Positions 1 to 11,268 of a stretch of 64,000 bases of DNA are shown in pieces. Position numbers and translations under genes: made by a program. Source of the stretch: Podarcis gaigeae (taxonomy: Eukaryota). How positions within the stretch are numbered: the first letter of the stretch is position 1; every line of letters begins with the position of its first letter. The notes beneath the pieces were generated by a model that was not told where the DNA came from, did no database searches, and worked only from the letters and a program-made list of their open reading frames with translations. The stretch is taken from NCBI GenBank assembly GCA_964106915.2, contig OZ066915.1, one strand, 5' to 3'.

Positions 1-791
1 TGTCCTTGGTGGGAGGATGGGGGTACAAATGGAATCAAATAAAGGATCTGTTTGTGATCTCCTTCAAGCGCTTGAAATAAAGAGAGCAGAAGCTTCTGCT
101 GCTCAGCGATGTTCTCCTTTTGACATTCAGCTGTCAAGCGGAATTGCATTCCTGCAGCCTCATCAGAAGAGAAAGGGTGGCTTTTTCCTACATTATGCAC
201 CAAGCTGCTTGGCTGCATGCCAGAATCTGTCAGAAGTGCATGGCCTGTGTCCTTGGCACAGGTGCTCACTTGCACACACAGGCTGGGCTCTGCACACTGG
301 AGCCTGGTGTCTTATTTATAGCTGGGAAGGTCGATTAGTCACTTTTTAAACGAAACTTGACTTAGAGCCTTTTCTACACAGTGATTTCCGCCCCCCCCAA
401 TGGTTGCTATTTGGGACGATGTTTGGCAAACACTATTTAAAGGTTGTATATTGACATTTTTTTAAGGAAGTTGATCGAGAGTGATGTAGAGGGCATATTC
501 TAAGGGCATAACTAGACGCAGTGACGAACGAACATAAGGTTGCTACTAAAAATGGCAGCCCTGTGTCATGTTCTCCCTCCTCATCCCGCACTGTGAACTT
601 AGGGAAACATGCGAATTGGCATCATTATGTCACCCATTTCTTTTCCCCCAACCTGGTTCTGCAGCTGATGACGTGGAGGAGGGCTGAGCGATATCTGGTT
701 CTCAAGATTGTGATGTATCACCAGGTAAAGGTTGTGATATGCCAATATATTACAATGTCTGAAATAAAGATGGAGCTATGTAGAGGCATTG

Positions 792-1715
792 CTTCTTGGG
801 AGAAAAGTGATGGCAAACCTAGACAGCATCTTAAAAAGCAGAGACATCTTGTGTTCAAATAATATTTGCAAAATCATATTGAAAAACCAGAACTCCTATT
901 AGAATAAGCAAGTTCCACTATAAATACTGAAATATCCAATAATATGGATAACAATGTGTAACAGAAAAAGAAGTAGAAAGTTGGTTTAATAGTGTGTGAA
1001 AGAAAGTAATAGAAATGGAAAGAAATTGCAACTGAGTAGATTGGAAGTCAAGCACAGGGTGGGGTGAGGGGTCAGGGACGGTGGTGGGAAAAGGAAGTAT
1101 GTGCGGGATTGTATATGGGTATGTGTGGATATTTTTAAGGATTGTATGAAATGTATGTCTGTTTGTATATCCATAATATGTATGTATAAATCTATCAATG
1201 TTGAATTATTCCAATAAAAAATCTATTTTAATTTTTTTTAAAAAAGCAGAGACATCACCTTGCTGACAAAGGTCCGTATAGTTAAAGCTATGGTTTTCCC
1301 ACTAATGATGTATGGAAGTGAGAGCTGGACCATAAAGAAGGCTGATCGCCAAAGAATTGATGCTTTTGAATTATGGTGCTGGAGGAGACTCTTGAGAGTC
1401 CCAGGGACTGCAAGAAGACCAAACCTATCCATTCTGAAGCCCTGAGTGCTCACTGGAAGGACAGATCCTGAAGCTGAGGCTCCAATACTTTGGCCACCTC
1501 ATGAGAAGAGAAGACTCCCTAGAAAAGACCCTGATGCTGGGAAAGATGAAGGGCACAAGGAGAAGGAGATGACAGAGGACGAGGTGGCTGGACAGTGTTC
1601 TCGAAACTACAAGCATGAGTTTGACCAAAATGCGGGAGGCAGTGGAAGGGCCTGGCGTGCTCTGGTCCAGGGGGTCACGAAGAGTCAGACACGACTAAAC
1701 GACTAAACAACAAGA
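792..1715 (+). mobile_element. 5'-truncated BovB (RTE clade) LINE, split by a later insertion
   Basis: Encodes RTE ORF C-terminus (TKVRIVKAMVFP..YGSESWTIKKADRQRIDAFELWCWRRLLRVP); 3' tail CGACTAAACGACTAAACAACAA; flanking AGAGGCAT repeats at 782-789 and 1716-1723; near-identical to the 21902-22435 copy. Confidence 0.9.
849..1240 (+). mobile_element. L1-like 3' fragment inserted by TPRT into BovB
   Basis: 16-bp TSD AAAAAGCAGAGACATC at 833-848 and 1241-1256, starting at a TT|AAAA site; G-rich tract, AATAAA at 1213-1218 and a degenerate A/T tail. Confidence 0.7.
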
Positions 1716-1904
1716 AGAGGCATGGGTGGCTTCATATTTTTCCCTGCTTTGTGATTTTTGCCAGCACCTGCTCTTGTGATTCACCGGCCCCTGCAGAAGG
1801 CAGGGGGGAGCTAAGTCGACAGAGCTAATGGGGGCTGCAGGAATCAAGGCAAGGGAAGCATTGGCTGGCTGTATGGTTTTCCCCACATTGTCATTTTTGC
1901 ATAG

Positions 1905-1952
1905 CACGCACGCACGCACGCGCACGCACGCACGCGCACACACAAACACACA
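1905..1952. repeat. (CACG)n/(CA)n microsatellite
   Basis: Visible tandem repeat. Confidence 0.9.
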
Positions 1953-2448
1953 TACCAACCATGATTTGTGGTGTATTGCCAGGTCAAAAATTATGAAACT
2001 GATACCACAATATGGACTTCAAACTGGTTTTAGACGATATATCGCCCAGCCCTAGTGGGCCACAAGGAATTGGGACAGTGTGATGATGTCATGTCATTAC
2101 AAATAGAGGAAGGGGAAGATTGTCCTGGAGTTACCTTTCCTGCAGCACCCTGTTACACTTTTCAGACTTGGGACCCACTTTTGAGTCCTCTCCTAACATG
2201 GGAGCCACTTTTGCATTATTATTACAGGGGTGTCCTCCCCCCCCCCAACTTACATGTGATCAACTGGTGTGCGACTGCGTATACGCTTGGTGCTGGGAAT
2301 TAATTAAATTCAAACCAGGAAACGGCAAGAAAGAGTTGGGGAGTTCTCATGGTTCATGAGAAGACCCTTATAGGAGCCTGAAGAGGACATCAGTGAGGGC
2401 AGAGGAAACCCCCAAAAGGCCAGAGGTACAGTGGAGTTTTGTTTAGGC

Positions 2449-2583
2449 CAGGCTTCCTCAATCTCGGCCCTCCAGATATTTTTGGCCTACAACTCCCATG
2501 ATCCCTAGCTAGTAGGACCAGTGGTCAGGGATGATGGAATTGTAGTCTCCAAACATCTGGAGGGCCGAGGTTGAGGAAGCCTG
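2449..2583. mobile_element. Palindromic hAT-type MITE
   Basis: TIRs CAGGCTTCCTCAA / TTGAGGAAGCCTG; 8-bp TSD GTTTAGGC at 2441-2448 and, displaced by the LTR insertion, at 3155-3162. Confidence 0.85.
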
Positions 2584-2584
2584 G

Positions 2585-3150
2585 TGTGATGGCCTGGGAA
2601 TCCGATTCAGAGGCTGAATCAGAGGAATCCCAGCCTGCACAGGAGTCCCCGCCTCCAGGGCCGGCTGAACTGGGGCAGGGCCTTGATTCTGAAGCGCCTG
2701 CACTTGTGCCGGATCCTCAGGAGCAGGCACCAGGTGAATCCACTCTGGCTCCGGAGGTGGTTGAGGACTCAGTGTCTACAGGTGAGTCTCCCCCTGGGTC
2801 CAGTAACCCTCCAGCCTCTCCTGAGCTGCAGAGGCTCAGGGCAGAGAGGCGGAGGGAACTGGTTTCTCCCAGGAGGAGTGCTCGCCTTAAGGCCAGGAGA
2901 GTCGGGTCTCCTGGGGGCCGGGACCGCCCCTGGCCTCAGAGAAGATAAAGGCCAGTCAGCCCGGTCCCAGGTTGCGGGAGCAACGTCGTTGAAGAGCTGT
3001 TTCGGCCAGCACCCAGTCAGGTTCCTCCAGAGTTCCTGTCCTTGCCCGGCTCCTCACTTTGGACCCCGCTTCGCCCGTGGAGGACTGTCTGCCGACCTCG
3101 ACTCAGGTCCTGGACCTCACCCCACGGAAACCTCCCCCGGGACCAGCACA
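2585..3150 (+). mobile_element. Solo LTR of an LTR retrotransposon (Gypsy/BEL-like)
   Basis: Starts TGTGATGG and ends CCAGCACA (7/8 inverted termini, TG...CA); perfect 5-bp TSD CCTGG at 2580-2584 and 3151-3155; TATA-like GATAAA at ~2944. Confidence 0.85.
2589..2948 (+). CDS. LTR-internal ORF, 119 aa, acidic/Pro-rich N-terminus and Arg-rich C-terminus with SPRRSARL (hypothetical)
   Basis: ATG in strong Kozak context (gtgATGG) just inside the LTR start; open to TAA at 2946-2948. No expression evidence. Confidence 0.35.
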   Translation: MAWESDSEAESEESQPAQESPPPGPAELGQGLDSEAPALVPDPQEQAPGESTLAPEVVEDSVSTGESPPGSSNPPASPELQRLRAERRRELVSPRRSARLKARRVGSPGGRDRPWPQRR

Positions 3151-3400
3151 CCTGGTTTAGGCTGCTGTGCTTCCCCACCTAATAGCTGGCGTGTGGGGTA
3201 GTGCAGCAGCAATGCATATTCCAACCTCCTGCTGGCCCCAGAGCTTCAATTCTAGTTGTGGATATTTTTGGCTACAGTATTTTTTCGTATGTAGTGAAGA
3301 GAGAGCAGAAGTGTGGGCATTTGGAGGATGCTTCCCACTTACGCAGGCCATTTCCTCCTCCTCCTCCTCCTCATTTAATGTCAGTGTCCTCGGTACCACT

Positions 3401-3541
3401 TAGAATCATAGAATTGTAGAATCGGAAGGGACCATGAGGCTCATCTAGTCCACCCTCTGCAATGCAGGAATCTTTTGCCCAACGTGGAACTTGAACCCAC
3501 AACCCTGAGATGAAGAGTTTCATACTGTGTTGACTGAGCTA
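3401..3541 (-). mobile_element. tRNA-derived SINE with CR1-like tail (Squam2-like)
   Basis: Minus strand: tRNA-like head (TAGCTCAGTC...GGGTTCAAGTTCCACGTTGGGC) followed by CR1-type tail ending ATTCTATGATTCTA. Confidence 0.7.
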
Positions 3542-3616
3542 AGTGTGCTGCTCTTGCCCTCATTTTGAAATGATATCTATCCATATTCTGAAAATAATTT
3601 TTAAAATACTATACTA

Positions 3617-3971
3617 AAGGTAAAACTAAAGGGACCCCTGACCATAGGTCCAGTCGTGACCGACTCTGGGGTTGCAGTGCTCATCTTGCTTTATTGGCCG
3701 AGGGAGCCAAAGTACAGCTTCCAGGTCATGGGGCCAGCATGACTAAGCCGCTTCTGGCAAACCAGAGCAGCGCACGGATATGCCATTTACCTTCCTGCCG
3801 GAGCACTACCTATTTATCTACTTGCACTTTGACATGCTTTCGAACTGCTAGGTTGGCAGGAGCAGGGACTGAGCAATGGGAGCTCACCCTGTCGTGGGGA
3901 TTCGAACCGCCAACCTTCTGATCGGCAAGCCCTAGGCTCTGTGGTTTAGCCCACAGCACCACCCACATCCC
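3617..3971 (-). mobile_element. Sauria SINE (Squam1), full length
   Basis: tRNA-like head with B-box GGTTCGAATCC on minus strand, ACCTTT-type tail; 12-bp TSD AATACTATACTA at 3605-3616 and 3974-3985. Confidence 0.9.
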
Positions 3972-4509
3972 ACAATACTATACTAGACTAAACTGAAATA
4001 TTTAAATATTTATTTGTCCTTGAGTATTCCCACCACACTTGCAATCTTTTCCTGCCACACCCTTTGAGAACCACTACATTAAATAATCTATTTCAGGTGG
4101 CTTTATAGCAAAAGCTACTGTGGTTCTGTAACGCTTTAACTTGGAATATTTTTTTTTTAATAGTATTATTATGACTGGTTTTGTTTATTTTTCTGGATAA
4201 TTAGTAGAATGCTTTTTGTTATCTGCTTCCTGTTATTTGTTTGGTTCTGTGAGGTTATATTTTAGAAGCTACCTTCTATGGTAGCTACTCTAAAAGGTAG
4301 TTTATTAATATTTTAAACGAAGAAAGAAACAAACAAATATTGGTGTGTACAGCTGCCCATCCTGAAAGCAACATGAGAGAGTTGGATAGACTTCAGGATT
4401 GCAAAACCAGTTTTGTCCCTGTTCTTTTAATAGAGATCCACCCATCACCCACATGCAAAATAGTGGCTGGGCTTTGAGCCAGATGCAAAGTAGCTCAACT
4501 GCCATCCCA

Positions 4510-4800
4510 TGAGCCCTGCAATTGGGTGTCTTGTATTAATTTACAAACCCCTGAACAACTTAGGTCCGGGGTACCTTAGGGACTGCCTGAGCCCTTATAT
4601 CCTAGCTCAATTGCTGAAACCATCTGGAGCATCATTGGCCATCCCACAAGTTGGTGAAGCTCATTTCACATCAGCAGAAAACCAAGTCTTTAGCGTCATT
4701 TGCCCAGTCCTGAGGAATGCGCTCCCAGTAATGTTTCAGCAGGCATCTTGCATTTTAACCTTCAAAGATTGTCTATGCTGCCAGGCTTACGCTTGCAATT
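4510..4800 (+). mobile_element. Old L2 LINE ORF2 3' fragment
   Basis: Translation LVLIYKPLNNLGPGYLRDCLSPY...FSVICPVLRNALP resembles the L2 ORF2 C-terminus seen in the younger copies. Confidence 0.6.
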
Positions 4801-5659
4801 AAGAAAACATCTGTAAGAGTTAGCTGATGATTTGTGATTTAATTTTTTTGCATGGTTTTTATTGTGTATGTATAATGTATAGAGTAGGAAACGCTATATC
4901 CAGCCTTTATTGATGGGCAGTTTTAAGGTAATAAGCCTAATTTACTTCTAGGGTATTCATATATTTTCCCACCATTGTTCACCCCACACTTTTCAGTGCA
5001 TTCGTCCCATCACTTTTCAAACCGCAAACAACTCTGATCACTTTTTTAATGTATTAGATGTGCTAGGGCAAATCATTGCTGATTTTGTTCTGTGAACTGC
5101 CATGAGACCTCTGGGTATAGGGCAGTATATAATTAAATAAATAATAAATTAATCCAATTTAATTGAGCAAACCAAAAGTGCCTGAATCCCTGGGGGTGGT
5201 GGGAGACAGTCAAGAGAGGTGCCCTGAGACAACCATTGCTGCCTTTTTAAAGTTTAAAAGCTGCAGCCTTTTTAAAGAACTCCACAACCCAGTAAATATG
5301 TATACTTCTACTCCGTATAACAGGATGTTTTCATCCTTAAACTGTTTAGCCTAGTTGCACTGAGAGCTATCTTTGACTGCAACCATTGCATAAAAATTAA
5401 AAATTAAACGTTCTGATGAACGCATGTGAATATATTGACCAAGTGTATTCTGCATGCCAAAATTATTACAGTTATTACAAATCCTGCCATACCCTCCAAC
5501 ATTTCTCCAAGAAAAATAGGGGTATCCTAAGGAAAAGTGGGACATTGCGGGATCAAATCAAAAACAGCTTCTCTAAATCAGGGATGTCCCTGGAAAATAG
5601 GGACAATTGGAGGGTCTGGAATAATCCCAGATCAAGGCTGGTCCCTTCCTTCTTTCCCT

Positions 5660-5840
5660 ATCTGCAGCCCGCGCCCGAACAGTCATTGGTGGAAGGCGCC
5701 GCCTCTCCCGCCTGCTTGAGCCGCAGCTTTGATGGACACGCAGCTTCTCCTATGGGAAGTTGGCGGTAGCGGCCAAGAGCCAATGGGCTGGAGGGATATG
5801 CGAAACGGAGCCCAGCCGCCAGGAAGGCTTCCAGGAAGTC
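5660..5840 (+). promoter_or_regulatory. Putative PRR13 promoter (small CpG-rich region)
   Basis: CpG enrichment; ATTGG 5685-5689, CCAAT 5780-5784, ETS-like GGAAGT motifs; lies just upstream of donor AAG|GTAGGT at 5908/5909. Confidence 0.55.
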
Positions 5841-5908
5841 GCTGCTGCTGCAGAACTTGGAAGGGAGTGAGGGCAGAAGGCGGAGAGAGGTTGCAAAGGT
5901 GAAGGAAG
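5800..5908 (+). other. PRR13: PRR13 non-coding exon 1 (start approximate)
   Basis: Strong donor GAAG|GTAGGT within the only CpG-rich segment upstream of the ATG exon; TSS not determinable. Confidence 0.5.
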
Positions 5909-6184
5909 GTAGGTAGGTGGGACGGGATCCTTGCAATCTGGTAGGATTTCTTGCAGTTTTTGCAATTTGTGGAAGGGTTTTCTATGTCTGGGTGTATAAA
6001 TGGGCTCTAAAAAGTTTAAAGGCAAAGGCAACTTTTAAAGGGTATTTTTGCTGGATTCACAGCAGTGAATTTACGATTGAAGCAATATCCCATCTTTCGT
6101 CTCCTGTTTCTACTTTTACTTTTATTGTTGTTTTATTTGTGAGTTTATTTGAGGTGAACTCAAAGCGGCTTGCAAAAATTAACA

Positions 6185-6405
6185 TTATTATTAATAACGA
6201 TTTTATTATTTGTACCCCGCCCATCTGGCTGGATTGCCCCAGCCACGCTGGGCGGCTTCCGGCATATATAAAAACATAATGAAACATTAAAACCTTCCCT
6301 ATACAGGGCTGCCTTCAGGTGTCTTTTAAAGGTTGCTAGTTACTTATCCCCTTGACATCTGATGGGAGGGCGTTCCACAGGGTGGGGGCCGCCACTGAGA
6401 AGGCC
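6185..6405 (-). mobile_element. L2 LINE 3' fragment
   Basis: Shares TACCCCGCCCATCTGGCTGG...CAGGGCTGCCTTCAG 3' end with the other L2 copies. Confidence 0.8.
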
Positions 6406-6855
6406 TTTTAAAAATAAGAGTTAAAAGCCTCCTAAAATGCTCGTGAATAAAAGGGCAGATCACTTGTAGTGTGGGAATGTTTTCCATTCACTTGCCTCAG
6501 TGGTGTTAAAGCTTGAGATATCTGGTGGGTTTGTGATGCAGGTGAGACTCGAATCAGGATCTTCTTGGACCACTTCGGAGACTCTTGGCTTTTAGTCAGT
6601 GCTGAAATTCTATATACTAATAGCAGACTCATCCTCGATGAGTCTGGGCAGTAGCCAAAATGGCACCATCTGTGGGCAAATCCCAAGATCTGCAGGAGTA
6701 CAAGCATTTTAAAAGGGGAGAGAACTCATAAATGGGGGTGTGGACACCCACAAACAATTCATTGAATGAGTATGCGCAGTAGGCATAGAACACATTACTG
6801 ACTTGGTTGTTGGGGGAAAACAACTGGAAAACAGGTGGAGGGATGGAATAAAGTA

Positions 6856-7126
6856 CAGTGGTACCTCGGGTTACATATGCTTCAGGTTACATAATGATAT
6901 AATAATTTAATATTTATACCCCGCCCATACATACGCTTCAGGTTACAGACTTGGCTTACCCAGAAATAGTACCTCGGGTTAAGAACTTTGCTTCAGGATG
7001 AGAACAGAAATCGCGCAGCAGCAGCAGGAGGCCCCATTAGCTAAAGTGGTGCTTCAGATTAAGAACAGTTTCAGGTTAAGAATGGACCTCCAGAACGAAT
7101 TAAGTATGTAACCAGAGGTACCACTG
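6856..7126 (+). mobile_element. Tc1/mariner (Tigger-like) MITE containing a ~32-nt L2 tail insertion
   Basis: TIR CAGTGGTACCTC...GAGGTACCACTG with TA flanks; many family copies in this window. Confidence 0.85.
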
Positions 7127-7495
7127 TATGCTGGAAAAGGAATAGCTAGCTGGTCGGTTGAAACCCTGAACAGGACCACTCAACACTGCAACATTTGGTT
7201 GCTGTCCCCATTTGTCTGCAGAGGCTATGCAAATTATGTTGGGTGCCTTCTTGCTTAGTGTGACTGGACTCTAAGGTTAGGCAGAGAAGATAGAAAGAGA
7301 GACCCAATGGTTGGAGAGGGTGTGTTGAAGGGCAGTGGATCTTAATGGGCAGTGGAGATGACAGCCCACTCATTTTCTGAAAAAACAAAGAAACCCAAGT
7401 GTTGGGTTTTCCTCTCTCCCTTGGTGCAGGGCCCACCACTTAGGGGCATGTTCAGAAACCCTATGAAAGGGAGCTCTTTAAACCATACTTTTATA

Positions 7496-7737
7496 CAGTG
7501 GTACCTCGGGTTAAGTACTTAATTCATTCCGGAGGTCCGTTCTTAACCTGAAACTGTTCTTAACCTGAAGCATCACTTTAGCTAATGGGGCCTCCTGCTG
7601 CTGCCGCGCCGACGGAGCACTATTTCTGTTCTCATCCTGAAACAAAGTTCTTAACCTGAAGCACTATTTCTGGGTTAGCGGCATCTGTAACCTGAAGCGT
7701 ATGTAACCTGAAGCGTATGTAACCCGAGGTACCACTG
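7496..7737 (-). mobile_element. Tc1/mariner MITE, inverted relative to 6856-7126
   Basis: Same TIRs and TA TSD; internal sequence is the reverse complement of the previous copy. Confidence 0.9.
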
Positions 7738-8920
7738 TATATGAATTAGAGAGAGGCTACGTACCCATCAAGACTGGGGATTTTGGCCTTCTCGGACCAG
7801 ATGTGGGATAATAATTTGTTCTGTTTTCTAGGCTTTATCAAAATGTTAGGTTCCTGTTGATCATAAGTCAGTTAGCGTTTATGGAAACTTCCTTTGGCTC
7901 AGGAAGTTTGGTTGGTTATACACTTCTGCCCCATTATCTCTTGAAATATTGCTGCACTTAGAACTAATAACCATAACTTTGTAACATCGTTTGAATGTTT
8001 TAATCTCATGAGCAACACACTGATGATAGACTGTTTAGCTTTGTAAAATAACCATATTTATTATTATTTATTAATTCCATTTCTATACCACTTTATGTTT
8101 TTAAGGGGGAAAAAACTCAAGAGAGGTTTAAAACACCAAATAAAACAATATGGAATATAACATTACCAAAGAAAGTCAAATATAAAGTATACATTCAAAG
8201 CAACTTAATTAACAGGAAGCTAAAATATTATCTTAAAAACTTCATATTTAAAATGTAGATAAACTGTGAGGATTGCATGACGGAAAGACAGCCTGGAAAT
8301 TATAAACGTGAAATGATATAATTGACCTATCTAGTTTTGAATCTTGAATCTTGTATGAGTAACACAGTGATGATGTATGGTTTAGATTTCCAAAATAACC
8401 TTATTTAGATACTTAAGATTCATATAAACCTAATTTCATACTGATTTTAAAGATGGAAAAATCAAATTAGAAAAAAACAGGAGTTGGAAGGGAAAAATTA
8501 AATACACATGGTTATACTTTTCACTTGCCTTCCAATAATTTAGTGTGGGCCCTTGCATGCTTTCAAACATACATAACTAGATCCATATTCATGACAGCTA
8601 GGGACTTATTTAAAAAAAAAAAAAGTTGTCAGAAACTTGAATTTCAGTCTGTGTACCGCATACTATTGTCCATGGATAATCCTTGTCTTAAATTAAATTC
8701 TCTGTAGTAGAATCTGTGTAGTTCTGTCTGTGTAGCCTGTAGTGTTTATCTTTTTGCAATTTGACCTTATGGTATGAACTTTGTTATGAGCAGAAATCTT
8801 TCCCACCTACTTGATTTATGATCTTGTTTATGCAGTAATTGATAGCCTTTAACTTTACGTAGTTTATGCTAACAATATCTTTCCCTACCCAGGTGACACA
8901 TTCTCGTCTCCTTGAGAACC

Positions 8921-8939
8921 ATGTGGGACCCCAATTCAG
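8921..8939 (+). CDS. PRR13: PRR13 coding exon 1 (exon 8893-8939), MWDPNS-G
   Basis: Acceptor CCCAG|8893, ACCATG start, donor G|GTAAAT; resembles recalled human N-terminus MWNPNAG; phase 1 joins exon at 11369. Confidence 0.88.
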
Positions 8940-10470
8940 GTAAATGGGAAGAAGGATTGATGGGTGTATCTGGGGTACCTCTCTAGGGAATATGCATAGG
9001 GCTGGGCACAGAGATGGCAACTATTATGTTGCATGTGAGCTACCCCTGGGCAGGAGGGCATTTTTTGATCGGCGTTGGCTGCTTCCAGAAAGAGCCCTGA
9101 GTGCTTTCTACGCACTGAGTCATGTCCCTGTATCCATGCATTAAATAGCTGCCACATTATTTTTTAAAAAAAGAAAAGAAAAGAGTGTCAGCTGACTTGG
9201 TAGCTCCCAAGGCACCTCTCATGCCATTGTGCTGGTGTACCTAATCAGCATTAAAACTCACCTGGATGGCAAAGATCTTGCAAGTTCTCTGTGAGGGAAG
9301 TCCTGCCAAGTGGAAAAGCAGAAGGCATTTTAAGTCCAGTCACAATTGGTTCCGGCCAGTCTTGCTTTCTGCAACAGAACTAGGTTGTCTCAAGTCAAGG
9401 ACAGCCTTTTGTTTTGCCTGACCTCACTGCCTGTGAGTTGTCCTCAGCGATTCAGCAGAAGGCTCAGTTTGACATTGCTAGCCGTCACTAGTGATGTGTT
9501 GTTGCTTTTGAAAGACCCTGTGCTTTCTCCGCGGCCAACCACATGGCCTCCTTGGACCTCCTGAATCCAAAATTCCTTCTCCCATTAGTGGAAACTTGCT
9601 TTCAGAACATTGGAGGTCCTTGAGTTGATTGAAGGTTGAAACTTGTGTGGCCAAAAGCGCAGGGGCTGCTCCTCTAGAGAACATGCAGAAATGTGGAAGG
9701 AAGAAGAACTGCTTCTCCTTGCAAGCTTGGTGGGCTGAGGTTGGGAGTGGAACATGTGTGGATGTAGCCAGTTAAGGGAGCAGCTGAACTGTTGTAGGAG
9801 ATCTATAGCTCACTGGCAGAGCCCAGGCTTTGCAAACAGAAGATCCTGGGTTTCTGATCTTCCCCATCAGTTTCGCCATTTCTGCATAATCCATCAATTT
9901 TGTTTGCCATTCTTCCTTTGTTGGTAATGCTGCTTCTTCCCAGTAGCATTCTCACTGCCGTCGTTGCGTACATAAAAAGTCTTTTATCTTCTCTTTTCTA
10001 CTTCTTCCCCTATTAAATCTAAAAGAAAGGCTTCTGTTTTTTAACAAATGTATTTGTAAACATTTTCTTTAATTCATTATAAATCCTTTCCCAGAAGCTG
10101 TTAATCTTACAACATGACCACCACATATGGAAAAAAGTACCTTCTTTCTCTTTACATTTCTAACACATATTTGATTTAGTTTTATACATTTTTGCAATCT
10201 TACTTGGTGTTAGATACCAATGGTACATCATTTTCATGTGATTTTCTTTCAACACACAGCATGCTGTAAATTTTATTTCTTCTCTCCACAACTTTTCCCA
10301 AGATGAAAGTTGGATATTATACCCAAAATCACTAGCCCAATGTGCCCTACACAGTTTCAGCTATGTCTTCACAATTCATAAGGGCTTGCTCCCCCACCCA
10401 AATGAAAGCTGAAATTCTTAGGGAGACAAACTCTGTAGGCAATACCATGACGGCACCTCCAAGTAGGCCT

Positions 10471-10472
<2 letters not shown>

Positions 10473-10505
<33 letters not shown>

Positions 10506-10835
10506 TTATTATTTGTACCCCGCCCATCTGGCTGGGTTTCCCCAGCCACTCTGGGCGGCTTCCATAGAAACAAAAAATACACTAAAATATCACAGATTAA
10601 AAACTTCCCTGAACAGGGCTGCCTTAAGATGTCTTCTGAATGTCCGGTAGTTATTTATCGCTTAGACATCTGATGGGAGGGCGTTCCACAGGGCGGGCGC
10701 CACTACCGAGAAGGTCCTCTGCCTGGTTCCCTGTAACTTGGCCTCTCGAAGTGAGGGAACCGCCAGAAGGCCCTCGGAGCTGGACCTCAGTGTCCAGGCA
10801 GAATGGTGAGGGAGGAGACACTCCTTCAGATATAC
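10473..10835 (-). mobile_element. L2 LINE 3' fragment with (TAA)n tail
   Basis: (AAT)n array 10473-10504 followed by the L2 3' end shared with the 56553 and 59890 copies. Confidence 0.85.
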
Positions 10836-10957
10836 TTGAAAATACCCCTTTGTTTGGAAAATTCTGAGCTGGATGGATTACTGCTCTGACTTGGTATAAG
10901 ACAGTTTCCTATATTTTAGAGATGGTGTCTTGCTCATGTTGCCTAGTATACATAGAC

Positions 10958-11268
10958 CAGGGGTCAGCAAACCAGGAGCCGGTCCACTGCCCCTCAGACC
11001 TTGTGGGGGGCCGGACTATATTTTGGAAAAAAAATATGAATGAATTCCTATGCCCCACAAATAACCCAGAGACGCATTTTAAATAAAAGGACACATTCTA
11101 CTCATGTAAAAACACCAGGCAGGCCCCACAAACAACCCAGAGATGCATTTTAAATAAAAGGACACATTCTACTCATGTAAAAACACGCTGATTCCCAGAC
11201 CGTCTGTGGCCGGTTTTAGAAGGTGATTGGGCCGGATCTGGCCCCGGGCCTTAGGGTGCCTATCCATG
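10958..11268. mobile_element. hAT (Charlie-like) non-autonomous element with internal tandem duplication
   Basis: CAGGGGTCAGCAAAC start; 8-bp TSD ACATAGAC/ACGTAGAC; duplicated CCCCACAAA...ACACATTCTACTCATGTAAAAACAC unit. Confidence 0.75.

Larger units (their letters stand above)
679..2054 (+). mobile_element. Non-autonomous hAT-like DNA element (TAGGGCTGGGCGATAT-type termini), interrupted by BovB and an L1-like insertion
   Basis: Termini GAGGGCTGAGCGATAT (679) and ATATATCGCCCAGCCCTA (ends 2054) are inverted copies. A related copy in opposite orientation at 12220-12930 shows the uninterrupted junction. Confidence 0.65.

Noticed and set aside
2683-3201. 172-aa ORF overlapping the LTR in another frame
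   Set aside because: Non-ATG start, runs out of the LTR into flanking DNA, no recognisable motif.
11053-11186. Direct repeats with a short spacer, superficially CRISPR-like
   Set aside because: Only two units, inside a hAT element in a vertebrate genome.
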